A DNA stretch of 64,000 nt from an uncultured Agrobacterium sp. Lineage in GTDB: Bacteria > Pseudomonadota > Alphaproteobacteria > Rhizobiales > Rhizobiaceae. The stretch lies in assembly GCF_913777615.1 (NCBI RefSeq), contig NZ_CAJYTK010000018.1. One strand, written 5' to 3'. Both the position numbers and the translations under genes were made by a program. The notes beneath the pieces were generated by a model. That model made no database searches. It saw only the letters and a list, made by a program, of their open reading frames with translations, and was not told the origin of the DNA. This document shows, piece after piece, positions 1 through 8,785 of this stretch. Every line of letters starts with the position of its first letter. Position 1 is the first letter of the stretch.

Positions 1-60
1 AGGTCAATCAGGCACGCAAACGCGTAAGCCGCTCTCCGGTTCATCTGGCTAATCAAAATT

Positions 61-1140
61 TCAGACAATGAGGCCGCGGGCCGCGACCGGCCAGACTTCC
101 GGCTCAGACATCCCTTGGCTGATTACCGTCAAGCTATCGACCAGGTTGGTAACAACGCAGGCGTGGTTCGGGACAATACGAAGCTTATCGCCGACTTTGA
201 GCCCGATCGCTCCCTCGGTCACGAGGCGCCCATGCTCCTCTGACAACTGATCGATGGTAATGTCCTCGCGGCCAAGCACATGGCCATAGCCAGTAAGCCC
301 CAAAAGATCCGAAGTCAGCGCCTTCGAGCCGGCATCAATGATGGCGCGGTTTTCTGCCGGGACCGAAACAACGGTTGCAACCACGTTCAAGGCGCATTCG
401 TCCCAGCCGCATACGCCGCGGCTTACAAGCGATCTGTCGTTATATACGTATGTCCCTGGGCGATATTCCGTCACGACTGGTGCCTTCGCCGCATGCATCA
501 TCGACGGTGTGCCGCCAGAGGTGATCACAGGAACCGCAATGCCTTTGTCTTCGATCAGTCGCTTGGCGTCTGTCATAAAGTTTTGGACATTCGCCTCGCC
601 CGAAGGCGCTGGATAGGTCATCAACCCGCCGAATACCAAGCCCGGTGCTTGATCGATGATCGCAGCCAGTTCGGCGGCGGCTTCGGGCGTTGATACGCCG
701 CAGCGATTCGCGCCGGTATCGCACTCGACCAGAACGTTCAGCGGTTCGGCGCCGTCAGCAAAGGCCTGCGACAGACCCTGGATAACGTCGGCACTATCGG
801 CAACGACCGACAGGCGAACATTACCTGCCAGCGCGCGAAGTTGCTTCAATTTGGTAGATCCGAGAATGTTATAGGTGATGAGAACGTCCTTGATCGCATC
901 GCTTCCAGCAACCATCGCCTCGGCTTCCGACACCTTCTGGCAGGTGATGCCGACCGCCCCGGCCGCAAGCTGCATTTCCGCAACAGCCGGCAGCTTGTGC
1001 GTTTTGATATGCGGCCTCACCTTCAGCCCGTGGGTATCGGCATAGTCCTGAAACCGGGAGATGTTCTCCTTGGCGATGTCAAGGTCCACGACAACGGCGG
1101 GCGTGTTGAGTGCGGCAATCTGCTGGTCGGATAAGGGCAT
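61..1140 (-). CDS. D-threonine aldolase / D-serine dehydratase-like PLP-dependent enzyme (alanine racemase fold III)
   Basis: TPAVVVDLD start, RPHIKTHK PLP-lysine motif, SGGGTP-like TSGGTP, EYRPGTY, SEEHG and PNHAC metal ligands. Start moved to ATG 1140 (MPLSDQQ) because GAGGA lies just upstream. Confidence 0.85.
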   Translation of the reverse strand: MPLSDQQIAALNTPAVVVDLDIAKENISRFQDYADTHGLKVRPHIKTHKLPAVAEMQLAAGAVGITCQKVSEAEAMVAGSDAIKDVLITYNILGSTKLKQLRALAGNVRLSVVADSADVIQGLSQAFADGAEPLNVLVECDTGANRCGVSTPEAAAELAAIIDQAPGLVFGGLMTYPAPSGEANVQNFMTDAKRLIEDKGIAVPVITSGGTPSMMHAAKAPVVTEYRPGTYVYNDRSLVSRGVCGWDECALNVVATVVSVPAENRAIIDAGSKALTSDLLGLTGYGHVLGREDITIDQLSEEHGRLVTEGAIGLKVGDKLRIVPNHACVVTNLVDSLTVISQGMSEPEVWPVAARGLIV

Positions 1141-1267
1141 GACATCCTCGAAGGCAACTCTGTTTGGGCGGCGGGACGCTATATCCCTTTTTCTCCCATT
1201 GCTACAGGAAGATGGAGAAATAGCGCCCGTAATCAGTCTACACCGAGCGGGCCTCGAACGCTTGTCG

Positions 1268-1687
1268 TCACGCCACCGCCGCCTCGCGCTCGGCAACCAA
1301 AGCAAACACATCCTTGGCGGCAAACAGACCATTCAACGCGGCTGGAAATCCGGCATAGACCGCCATCTGCATGATGATTTCGGTAATCTCGTCACGCGAG
1401 AGCCCGACATTCAGACCCGCTTCGATGTGCACCTTCAACTGTGGCGCGGCATTGCCCATGGCTGTCAGTGCGGCGATGGTTGCGATTTCCCTTGCCTTGG
1501 TATCGAGCCCGGGCCGGCTGTAAATGTCGCCGAAGGGAAACTCGAAGAGATAGGTCGCGAAGTCCGGTGCGATATCGGCGAGCGCCGCCATCACCTTTTC
1601 TCCGGCCTCCCCGTCAATCTCCGCGAGTGCGCGCTTGCCCCTTTCCAGGCGAGTTTCGTTTGGGATTTTGTGTGACTGCGTCATCAT
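1268..1687 (-). CDS. Carboxymuconolactone decarboxylase (CMD/AhpD-like) family protein
   Basis: FGDIYSRPGLD, REIATIAAL, LKVHIEAGLNVGLSRDEI and YAGFPAALN are CMD-family motifs. The protein contains no Cys. Confidence 0.85.
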   Translation of the reverse strand: MMTQSHKIPNETRLERGKRALAEIDGEAGEKVMAALADIAPDFATYLFEFPFGDIYSRPGLDTKAREIATIAALTAMGNAAPQLKVHIEAGLNVGLSRDEITEIIMQMAVYAGFPAALNGLFAAKDVFALVAEREAAVA

Positions 1688-2048
1688 CCGTCATCCTCTG
1701 ATTTTCGCCGGCATATCCGGCTATCTTCTGGTCGAGGACGAGGAGGCACTGCTGGAGTTCGGCAACCCGATCACGAACCTCGTCGCGATGCGCTTCCAGC
1801 ATCGCCTGCCGTTCAGGCCCGGTAGCACCACCCTGCTTTCGCAAAGCGGCATAGCGCAGCATATCCCTGATCGGCATTCCGGTCGTTTTCAGCCTTCCGA
1901 GAAATTCGATCCAGACAAGAATGTCGGGATCGTAATCGCGTCTGCTCGAGCGGTCACGATCGGCATAGGGTAAAAGCCCGATCCGCTCGTAATAGCGGAT
2001 CGTGTAGGCCGAAAGGCCAGAACGTTTTGCCAGTTCACCGATCTTCAT
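1614..2048 (-). CDS. MerR-family transcriptional regulator
   Basis: MKIGELAKRSGLSAYTIRYYERIGLL MerR HTH; RBS GAAGAGG before ATG 2048; 3' end overlaps the CMD gene by 74 nt. Confidence 0.92.
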   Translation of the reverse strand: MKIGELAKRSGLSAYTIRYYERIGLLPYADRDRSSRRDYDPDILVWIEFLGRLKTTGMPIRDMLRYAALRKQGGATGPERQAMLEAHRDEVRDRVAELQQCLLVLDQKIAGYAGENQRMTDDDAVTQNPKRNSPGKGQARTRGD

Positions 2049-2075
2049 GAGCACCTCTTCGTCACAACGCAGAGG

Positions 2076-2106
2076 AAGCTACAAGTTAGAGCGCACTCTA
2101 GGTCAA
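2076..2106 (-). promoter_or_regulatory. MerR-type promoter/operator (19-bp spacer with dyad)
   Basis: Minus strand reads TTGACC-TAGAGTGCGCTCTAACTTG-TAGCTT: -35, a 19-bp spacer containing the near-palindrome TAGAGTGCGCTCTA, then -10. This is the canonical MerR architecture. Confidence 0.85.
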
Positions 2107-2177
2107 TAGCTGAACGGACCTTTAGAGCAAAATAGCTGAAAGGATGCCAAAAGGGTTTGCCTGCGTCATCGCCATCA

Positions 2178-3215
2178 TCATTGCGGCATGAGGATTTGCA
2201 GCTTCACATCGGTTTCGCGGGCTTCCACCGCGCGGTCGAAACCGGAGATGCTGTCGTCGAAGGGGATGGTGGCTGAGATCAGCGGCTTCAGATCGACCTT
2301 GCCGGAACCGATCAGCGCGAGCGCCCGGTCATAGACGTTGGCGTAACGGAAGACAGTCTCGACACGCAGTTCCTTGGCCTGCAATCCCACGATATCCACC
2401 GGCACCGGATCGACCGGCATGCCGACAAGCACGACGGCACCGCCAGGACGCGCGAGCTTCGCCATCCCGAGAATGGCAGGAGCCGCACCAGAGCATTCAA
2501 ATACGATATCGCAGCCCCAACCGTCCGTCGCTTTAGAGACTGCATCCGGCAGGGATGTCTCGCGGATATTCACCGTCTCGATACCATCGTAGGCGCCGAT
2601 GATATCAAGTTTGGGCTGAGCGAGATCGGCAACAATGACCTTGGCGCAACCGCCTGCAAGTGCTGCAAGCGCAACCATCATACCAATCGGACCCGCCCCC
2701 GTGACGACCGCTACATCGCCCGGCTGAATCCGTGCCCGAAGCGCTGCCTGCATGCCAATGGCGAAGGGCTCGACCATGGCGCCTTCGCCGAAGGAAACAT
2801 TATCGGGCAGTTTGTAAGTAAAGGCGGCCGGATGGATAACTTCCGGCGTCAGGCAACCGTGGACCGGCGGCGTTGCCCAGAAGGTCACAGCCGGATCGAC
2901 ATTGTAAATGCCGAGTTTGGCCGCACGTGACGTAGGGTCGGGAATGCCGGGCTCCATGCAGACGCGGTCTCCGACTTTGAGATGCGTGACGTCTGAGCCA
3001 ACCTCGCAGATAGTGCCGGCCGCCTCGTGGCCGAGCACCATCGGCGCGTTGACGACGAAATGACCGATCTTTCCATGGGTGTAATAATGCACGTCCGAAC
3101 CGCAAATGCCGATGGTGTGGGTGCGGATTTTCACATCTTTCGGACCGAGTGTAGCGGGAATGTCGAAATCGCGAAGCGACAGCTTTCCCTTTTCCTCCAG
3201 AACCAGCGCCTTCAT
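2178..3215 (-). CDS. Zn-dependent NAD(P) polyol dehydrogenase (xylitol/sorbitol dehydrogenase-like, MDR family)
   Basis: [13 protein letters not shown] motif, GAGPIG Rossmann motif, FRYAN; RBS AAGGAGG before ATG 3215. Confidence 0.88.
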   Translation of the reverse strand: MKALVLEEKGKLSLRDFDIPATLGPKDVKIRTHTIGICGSDVHYYTHGKIGHFVVNAPMVLGHEAAGTICEVGSDVTHLKVGDRVCMEPGIPDPTSRAAKLGIYNVDPAVTFWATPPVHGCLTPEVIHPAAFTYKLPDNVSFGEGAMVEPFAIGMQAALRARIQPGDVAVVTGAGPIGMMVALAALAGGCAKVIVADLAQPKLDIIGAYDGIETVNIRETSLPDAVSKATDGWGCDIVFECSGAAPAILGMAKLARPGGAVVLVGMPVDPVPVDIVGLQAKELRVETVFRYANVYDRALALIGSGKVDLKPLISATIPFDDSISGFDRAVEARETDVKLQILMPQ

Positions 3216-3363
3216 AGTTTCCTCCTTAAACATCCAAGATGTGACACACGTCTATGAGAAGGTGATGAAACGTCAGGCTGCGGAAAGCAACCCCTTCATT
3301 GCACCATGATTCTTTTCGGGAGACGAGTGTTTCTGCTGGCCGCGACAGTGTCCAGGCAGAGCC

Positions 3364-4140
3364 TTAGGCGGGTAGTAAAAAATGCAGCACAGCGGTGTTG
3401 AAAGCGTCTGGCGCCGTGACGTTGATGGCGTGACCACCAAAGTCAACGAGCTGCAACTGACTGTTTGGCAAACCCTCTGCGAGACGTATCGACCGTGTGT
3501 AGGGAACCAGAAGATCATCGCGCGTGGCAATAACCAACGTTTCTACCTCTACATCTTGCAGGCGGAGATCGATGTCGAAAGCGCGCAACGCTGCGATACG
3601 GCGCAGGATATTGGCGCGGCCCTGAAAATGCTCGATCGCGTGTCGCTCCTCGGTTTCCAGCCGTTCGGCATTCTCCGACATCCACACCGCCGGATAAAGG
3701 AACAGAGGCTGTGCCTTGACGAAGGCCGTAACGCCCGATTTTTCCAGAAGCTCGATGCGTACGTCAAAGCAACGTCCGGAATGCGGATCGGCCTTGCTCC
3801 AAGCGTTGATCAAAACGAGCTTCCCAATTATCCCAGGCTTGCGAAGGGCGATATCAAGGCCGATCAGGCCGCCCAAGGCATGCCCCATGAAATCGAAGCG
3901 AGTGAGCCCCAGTTCCTCTGCAATCTCCAGCACGTCATCGGTCATGGCTGCGATCCCGCCATCATCTGGCACTTCGCCTCCGGTTCGCCCACAACCGCGA
4001 TGATCGTAGGTGACGACCCGATAGTCGTTCGATAGCGCCGCAAGCTGCGGTGCCCAGTAGCTTGCGGAACCGCCGAGGCCCGACGACAGGATAATCGTCG
4101 GGGCGTCGGCATCCTGTCTTCCGTGCCAATCGAAGTGCAT
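3364..4140 (-). CDS. rutD: Pyrimidine utilization protein D, aminoacrylate hydrolase (alpha/beta hydrolase)
   Basis: LSSGLGGSASYWAPQ, GHALGG in place of GxSxG, last gene of the rut cluster. Confidence 0.92.
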   Translation of the reverse strand: MHFDWHGRQDADAPTIILSSGLGGSASYWAPQLAALSNDYRVVTYDHRGCGRTGGEVPDDGGIAAMTDDVLEIAEELGLTRFDFMGHALGGLIGLDIALRKPGIIGKLVLINAWSKADPHSGRCFDVRIELLEKSGVTAFVKAQPLFLYPAVWMSENAERLETEERHAIEHFQGRANILRRIAALRAFDIDLRLQDVEVETLVIATRDDLLVPYTRSIRLAEGLPNSQLQLVDFGGHAINVTAPDAFNTAVLHFLLPA

Positions 4141-4145
4141 CGCGT

Positions 4146-4535
4146 TTACGGCTTGCCGATATGAGCGACGGTTGCGATTTCAACCAAGGCGTCCGGCTTC
4201 ACCAGACCGCATTGAATGCAGTAGCGGGCTGGCTTATCGCCCGGAAAATACTCGGCATAGACGGCATTGACCGCCTGATAATTGGCCCAGTCGGTGATGA
4301 AGATGTGGTTCATCGTTACGTCTTCCATCGTGCCGCCCGCGGTCTCGATCACAGACTTGATTGTCTCCAGCACGTGGCGGGTCTGGGCGCTTGCATCACC
4401 CACATGGACGACGTCGTTGTTCTTGTCGAATGGCAGCGTTCCAGACACGTACACAATCCCATCCGCCAGCGTACCGGGAGAAAAGGGTGCGATTGGCTTC
4501 GATGTGCCTTCGGGAACGATGATCTTTTTCGGCAT
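4146..4535 (-). CDS. rutC: Pyrimidine utilization protein C (RidA/YjgF family)
   Basis: [21 protein letters not shown] and [26 protein letters not shown] match RutC. Confidence 0.93.
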   Translation of the reverse strand: MPKKIIVPEGTSKPIAPFSPGTLADGIVYVSGTLPFDKNNDVVHVGDASAQTRHVLETIKSVIETAGGTMEDVTMNHIFITDWANYQAVNAVYAEYFPGDKPARYCIQCGLVKPDALVEIATVAHIGKP

Positions 4536-4553
4536 GAGATGGTCCTTCTTCCT

Positions 4554-5291
4554 TCAGGAATTGGCAGGTGCGGCTTGGCTAATGGCACCGCAGAAATCAT
4601 TGACGGTCGCCACCCATCCGAAAAACTTTTCGACGTTGTAGACGGTCGCCTGTTGAATGAAATCCGGGCCGAGGTGATGGGTGGCGTCTTCAAGCATGAC
4701 GCCGAAATATTCCAGATGGAAGGCGTCGCGAAGCGAGCTTTCGACGCAGACATTCGTGGCGATGCCGACGAAGACGAGGTTGCGGATCCCTCGGGCGCGC
4801 AGGATGCTGTCCATCTGGGTGTTGAAAAATCCGCTATAGCGGGTCTTGGGCACCAGAATATCGCCGGGCTTCGGCTCAAGCTCGTCGACGATTGCGTAAT
4901 CCCAGGTGCCTTTTGCAAGCAGCTTGCCCTGCGCGTCCGGATTGGCGCGCATATATTTCAGCGCGTTGGATTTATGCCAGTTCGGCGAACCCGGACCGCC
5001 AGCCTCGACATAATCCTTGTCCCAACCATTTTGGAAATAAACCACCTGGACACCGGCAGTACGTGCCGCATCCAGCGTCTTGCGGATATTGTCGATGGTG
5101 CCTTTGGCGCCGGAAATGTCGAAGCCCGCAAGATCGACGTAGCCGCCTTCTGTGGAGTAGGCATTCTGCATATCGACGACGACGACGGCGGTTTCTTCGG
5201 GCTTCAGCGTGATCGGCTCTGGTCGCGCCGGCAATGTCACGCTTTTGCTGTGAACGGCGGGCGCTTGATATCCTGTTGTCATGGTGCTCAT
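4554..5291 (-). CDS. rutB: Ureidoacrylate amidohydrolase (isochorismatase family)
   Basis: [27 protein letters not shown] catalytic Cys; ATGA overlap with the rutA stop. Confidence 0.93.
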   Translation of the reverse strand: MSTMTTGYQAPAVHSKSVTLPARPEPITLKPEETAVVVVDMQNAYSTEGGYVDLAGFDISGAKGTIDNIRKTLDAARTAGVQVVYFQNGWDKDYVEAGGPGSPNWHKSNALKYMRANPDAQGKLLAKGTWDYAIVDELEPKPGDILVPKTRYSGFFNTQMDSILRARGIRNLVFVGIATNVCVESSLRDAFHLEYFGVMLEDATHHLGPDFIQQATVYNVEKFFGWVATVNDFCGAISQAAPANS

Positions 5292-6379
5292 TCTGCCGCC
5301 TCAAGAAGGGGCTTGATGTGTTTACGGCACGCCATCAGTGGCTGGATCTTGGTGCCGAAATCTTCGACGCCTTTGACGAAATCATCGAAAGTCAACAGCA
5401 CACCGCCCGTTCCAGGCACAGTCGGAACCTCATCCAGAAGCCGTGCCACGGTTTCATAGGAGCCGACGAGCGTTCCCATATTGATATTGACGGCGGAAAC
5501 GGGGTCGGCCATCTGCCGCACATTGGTGTCCGAGCCGGATTTCGTGTCGGCCGCACCCTGCACGCCAAGCCATTTGATGGCCTCCTGGTCGGCACCGGCC
5601 TTATAATGCTCCCACTTGGCGCGTGCAGCCTCGTCCGTTTCATCCGCGATGACCATGAAGAGAACGAAGGATGAAACGTCGCGTCCGGTCTTCGCGGTCG
5701 CTTCCCTCAGTCTCTCGGCGGCGGGCGCAAATGCGGTCGGCGTGTTGATGCCAACACCGAAACAAAAATTGTAATCGGCATATTTCGCCGAGAACTCCAT
5801 GCCGGCATTGGACGAACCCGCACAGATGACCTTCATATCAGCCTGCGGCTGCGGCGAGAGGCGGCAATCGTCCATCTGAAAGAAATCGCCCTTGAAGTCG
5901 CTCTGCCCCTTTTCCCACAATTCGCGCAGGATCGTGGCGTATTCAGCAAGATAGGCGTAGCGCTTGCCGAAATACTCGTCGCCCGGCCACATTCCCATCT
6001 GCGAATATTCCGGCCGTTGCCATCCGGTGACGAGGTTGATGCCGAAGCGTCCGTTGGAAATGCTGTCTATCGTGGATGCCATTCTCGCGACGATGGGCGG
6101 CGGCATGACGAGCGAGGCGGCTGTGGCAAAAAGCTTGATGCGTGTGGTGACGGCGGCGAGGCCTGCCATCAGCGTGAAGGACTCCAGATTATGATCCCAG
6201 AACTCGGTCTTCCCCCCAAAGCCGCGAAGCTTGATCATCGACAAGGCGAAATCGAAACCGTATTTCTCAGCCTTGAGGGTAATCTCTTTATTCAGCTCGA
6301 AGCTCGGCTTGTACTGCGGCGCGTTCTCCGACAACAGCCAGCCATTATTTCCAATCGGGATAAAGACTCCAACTTCCAT
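5288..6379 (-). CDS. rutA: Pyrimidine monooxygenase (flavin-dependent, luciferase-like)
   Basis: [15 protein letters not shown] and [31 protein letters not shown] match RutA; start moved to ATG 6379. Confidence 0.95.
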   Translation of the reverse strand: MEVGVFIPIGNNGWLLSENAPQYKPSFELNKEITLKAEKYGFDFALSMIKLRGFGGKTEFWDHNLESFTLMAGLAAVTTRIKLFATAASLVMPPPIVARMASTIDSISNGRFGINLVTGWQRPEYSQMGMWPGDEYFGKRYAYLAEYATILRELWEKGQSDFKGDFFQMDDCRLSPQPQADMKVICAGSSNAGMEFSAKYADYNFCFGVGINTPTAFAPAAERLREATAKTGRDVSSFVLFMVIADETDEAARAKWEHYKAGADQEAIKWLGVQGAADTKSGSDTNVRQMADPVSAVNINMGTLVGSYETVARLLDEVPTVPGTGGVLLTFDDFVKGVEDFGTKIQPLMACRKHIKPLLEAAE

Positions 6380-6750
6380 GAATATGCCTTTCTTCGAACG
6401 GTACCGATAATGCTCTGTGACTTGCATACCGAGGCGGCCATTGCTGCAAAACAGCTTCAAGCCTCGGCGGATCGACTATTTCGACGGCAGTTTGTTTTTG
6501 AGTCTTATCATCCCTCTCGCGCTGAAATCGATCAAAAAAATAGCGGTCCGATCGTTTGCTCGCGAAATAAGCAAATCGATCGGAAGGGATGCTCACCCGA
6601 CTGAACGCAAAGATCAACTAAAAATTTTGCAAGCTTGCGTAACGGGATTATCGCTTGCAAGACAGACGCGTTCGACGCAGGAGAGACTGCCGTTTCTCGT
6701 CGTCGATGCTGGCGAGGATGGGCAGGCAAAGCTGCAGCCTGCCTTCATCA

Positions 6751-8544
6751 TCAAGCTGGATGGAAGCTCCAGCGGACCGCCCATGGCGATATGGCCCCGG
6801 CATCTACGGAGCCAAGACTGAAAAGCGTCTCGCCTGCTGCTACCTCGGCTTCCCTCGTACCGCTCTTTCCAGAAAGATTGGCAATCAGGCGCAGCCTTGC
6901 TCCAGCCCGCATTCCCCACTCCGCGGTAACAACGCCATCGCTGACATCGTAGCTCGTCGTCTCTGGAACAATATCCTTCAGCAATGGTATGGTGCGCCTT
7001 TTGCGTAGCTCGAGAAGCGTTTGGTAGAAGCTGAGCAAGTTGCGACCCTCAGCATCTTCGCGCTTCGCCCAGTCGAGCTTGCTGGCTATAAAAGTCTCTC
7101 TCGCAGTGGGATCAGGCAGATCATCGCCATCGAAGCCCGGCAGACGAGACAGCTCTTCGCGGCGACCATCCCTCACTTTTTGGTTCAAGTCTTCGTTGAA
7201 GTCGCAGAAGTAGCGGAAGGGATCGCGCGAACCCCACTCCTCGCCCATGAACAACATGGGGATTTGCGGCGCGAGCAGATAGATTGCGGTGATCGCTTTC
7301 AATGACGCTTGCGGAGCATATGCTTGCATTCTGTCGCCAAGCGCCCGGTTGCCGATCTGATCATGATTTTGAATAAAGGAGATGAAGGCCGTCGGCGGAA
7401 GATGAGCGCTCGGCTTGCCCCGCTCCTCGTCACGATAGGGCATATGCTCGCCCTGGAATGCAAAGCCCTCGGCAAGAGCGCGGCCAACCTTGTCATCGTC
7501 GCCGGAATAGGCCTTGTAATAACCGAAGGTTTCACCCGTCGCTGCGATGTGAAGCACGTGGTGAATGTCGTCGTTCCACTGCGCCGTAAAGCGCTCCGGG
7601 CGGCCCTGTCGATCCCGGCTGAGCAGATCGCTGTCATTGTCTTCGTTTTCGACAATGAGGTGGATATGGCGGTCGGGTGCTGCAGCGAGGACACGACGCG
7701 CTAGCTCTGTCAGCAGGTGTTCGTCGTTGTCATCGACGATCGCATGCACTGCATCCAGGCGTAAGCCGTCGAAGCGGAACTGCGTGATCCAGTAGATGGC
7801 GTTTTGAATGATGAATTCACGTATATGCTCGGATTGTTCGTCATCGTAATTTACTCCCTGCCCCCAAGGGTTCTCATGACGCGCGGAAAAAAGCGGCGCG
7901 TAGTTGGGCATGTAATTGCCCTCCGGGCCAAAGTGATTATAGACGACATCCAGGAAGACACAGAGCCCGCGCTCATGGGCGGCATCGATAAGCGCCATCA
8001 GGTCTTCGGGTCGTCCGTAGCTGCTGTCCGGAGCATAGGGCATTACGCCATCATAACCCCAATTGTAGCCGCCCGGAAAATCTGCGACGGGCATGATCTG
8101 GATTGCCGTCACTCCCAGATCACGCAGGTGATCGAGGTGCGCTATCGCTCCCTGGAAATTTCCCTCATCGCTAAAGGTGCCGACGTGGAGTTCGTATATG
8201 ATCATCTCCTCCCACGGCCGGCCCCGCCACTCCTCACTGTTCCCCCCATAGGCTGAGAGATCGACGACCTCGCTTGGGCCATGCACATCACGCGGCTGGT
8301 AACGCGATGCGGGGTCAGGAACTTCCAGTCCATCCGGCATCATAAAGCTGTAGCGAACGGTCTTTCCCGTTTTCGGCTTGCGCAGGCGATGCCAGCCGTC
8401 CTCGTCACGTTTCATCACTTCCGGCGCCTGACCTTCTATACAGAGAAGCACTTTGTCCTGCAGCGGCGCCCATAGGCGAAACTCGATGTCTTGATCGGAA
8501 ATGGCTGGACCGAAGTCGAATGTGTGAACCACCGGAAACCTCAT
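6751..8544 (-). CDS. treZ: Malto-oligosyltrehalose trehalohydrolase (GH13)
   Basis: FRLWAP, YELHVGTF, NWGYDG, DVVYNHFGP, GLRLDAVH, QNHDQIGNRA, LFMGEEW; start estimated at ATG 8544. Confidence 0.93.
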   Translation of the reverse strand: MRFPVVHTFDFGPAISDQDIEFRLWAPLQDKVLLCIEGQAPEVMKRDEDGWHRLRKPKTGKTVRYSFMMPDGLEVPDPASRYQPRDVHGPSEVVDLSAYGGNSEEWRGRPWEEMIIYELHVGTFSDEGNFQGAIAHLDHLRDLGVTAIQIMPVADFPGGYNWGYDGVMPYAPDSSYGRPEDLMALIDAAHERGLCVFLDVVYNHFGPEGNYMPNYAPLFSARHENPWGQGVNYDDEQSEHIREFIIQNAIYWITQFRFDGLRLDAVHAIVDDNDEHLLTELARRVLAAAPDRHIHLIVENEDNDSDLLSRDRQGRPERFTAQWNDDIHHVLHIAATGETFGYYKAYSGDDDKVGRALAEGFAFQGEHMPYRDEERGKPSAHLPPTAFISFIQNHDQIGNRALGDRMQAYAPQASLKAITAIYLLAPQIPMLFMGEEWGSRDPFRYFCDFNEDLNQKVRDGRREELSRLPGFDGDDLPDPTARETFIASKLDWAKREDAEGRNLLSFYQTLLELRKRRTIPLLKDIVPETTSYDVSDGVVTAEWGMRAGARLRLIANLSGKSGTREAEVAAGETLFSLGSVDAGAISPWAVRWSFHPA

Positions 8545-8565
8545 GAAAAAGTGTGCAATGCAACG

Positions 8566-8590
8566 AACATTCGCGGATGCGAAAAGTTCA
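8566..8590 (-). promoter_or_regulatory. Candidate EcfG/RpoE2 general-stress promoter for treZ
   Basis: Minus strand TGAAC-N17-GTT about 22 nt upstream of the treZ ATG; one mismatch to GGAAC. Confidence 0.35.
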
Positions 8591-8649
8591 CGAGCAGCCA
8601 CGAAAATCCGCAGCGACGTTTCTGCCCCGGGGAAAGCGCAATGACGTGT

Positions 8650-8675
8650 GGAACCACTCTAGCTCACATGCAGTT
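8650..8675 (+). promoter_or_regulatory. Candidate EcfG/RpoE2 general-stress promoter for treY
   Basis: GGAAC-N18-GTT at 8650-8675, matching the alphaproteobacterial sigma-EcfG consensus. Confidence 0.45.
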
Positions 8676-8785
8676 TGCGCAACGCTCTCAAGACGCCATC
8701 ATGTTCGGACCCATGATGTCATCTATCGGTCCTTCGCCCAGATTCAACAGGCCAGCTTTTCCGGCCAACTCGACGGGATTGTCGT

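Noticed and set aside
4161-5459. 432-aa plus-strand ORF
   Set aside because: Antisense shadow of rutBC; no motifs; expected in high-GC coding DNA.
6380-6750. Looked for sigma-54 (-24/-12), NtrC and RutR sites upstream of rutA
   Set aside because: No GG-N10-GC with correct spacing and no TTGACC-N4-GGTCAA found. The inverted repeat TTGCAAGC-N18-GCTTGCAA (6627-6660) is more simply a treZ terminator.
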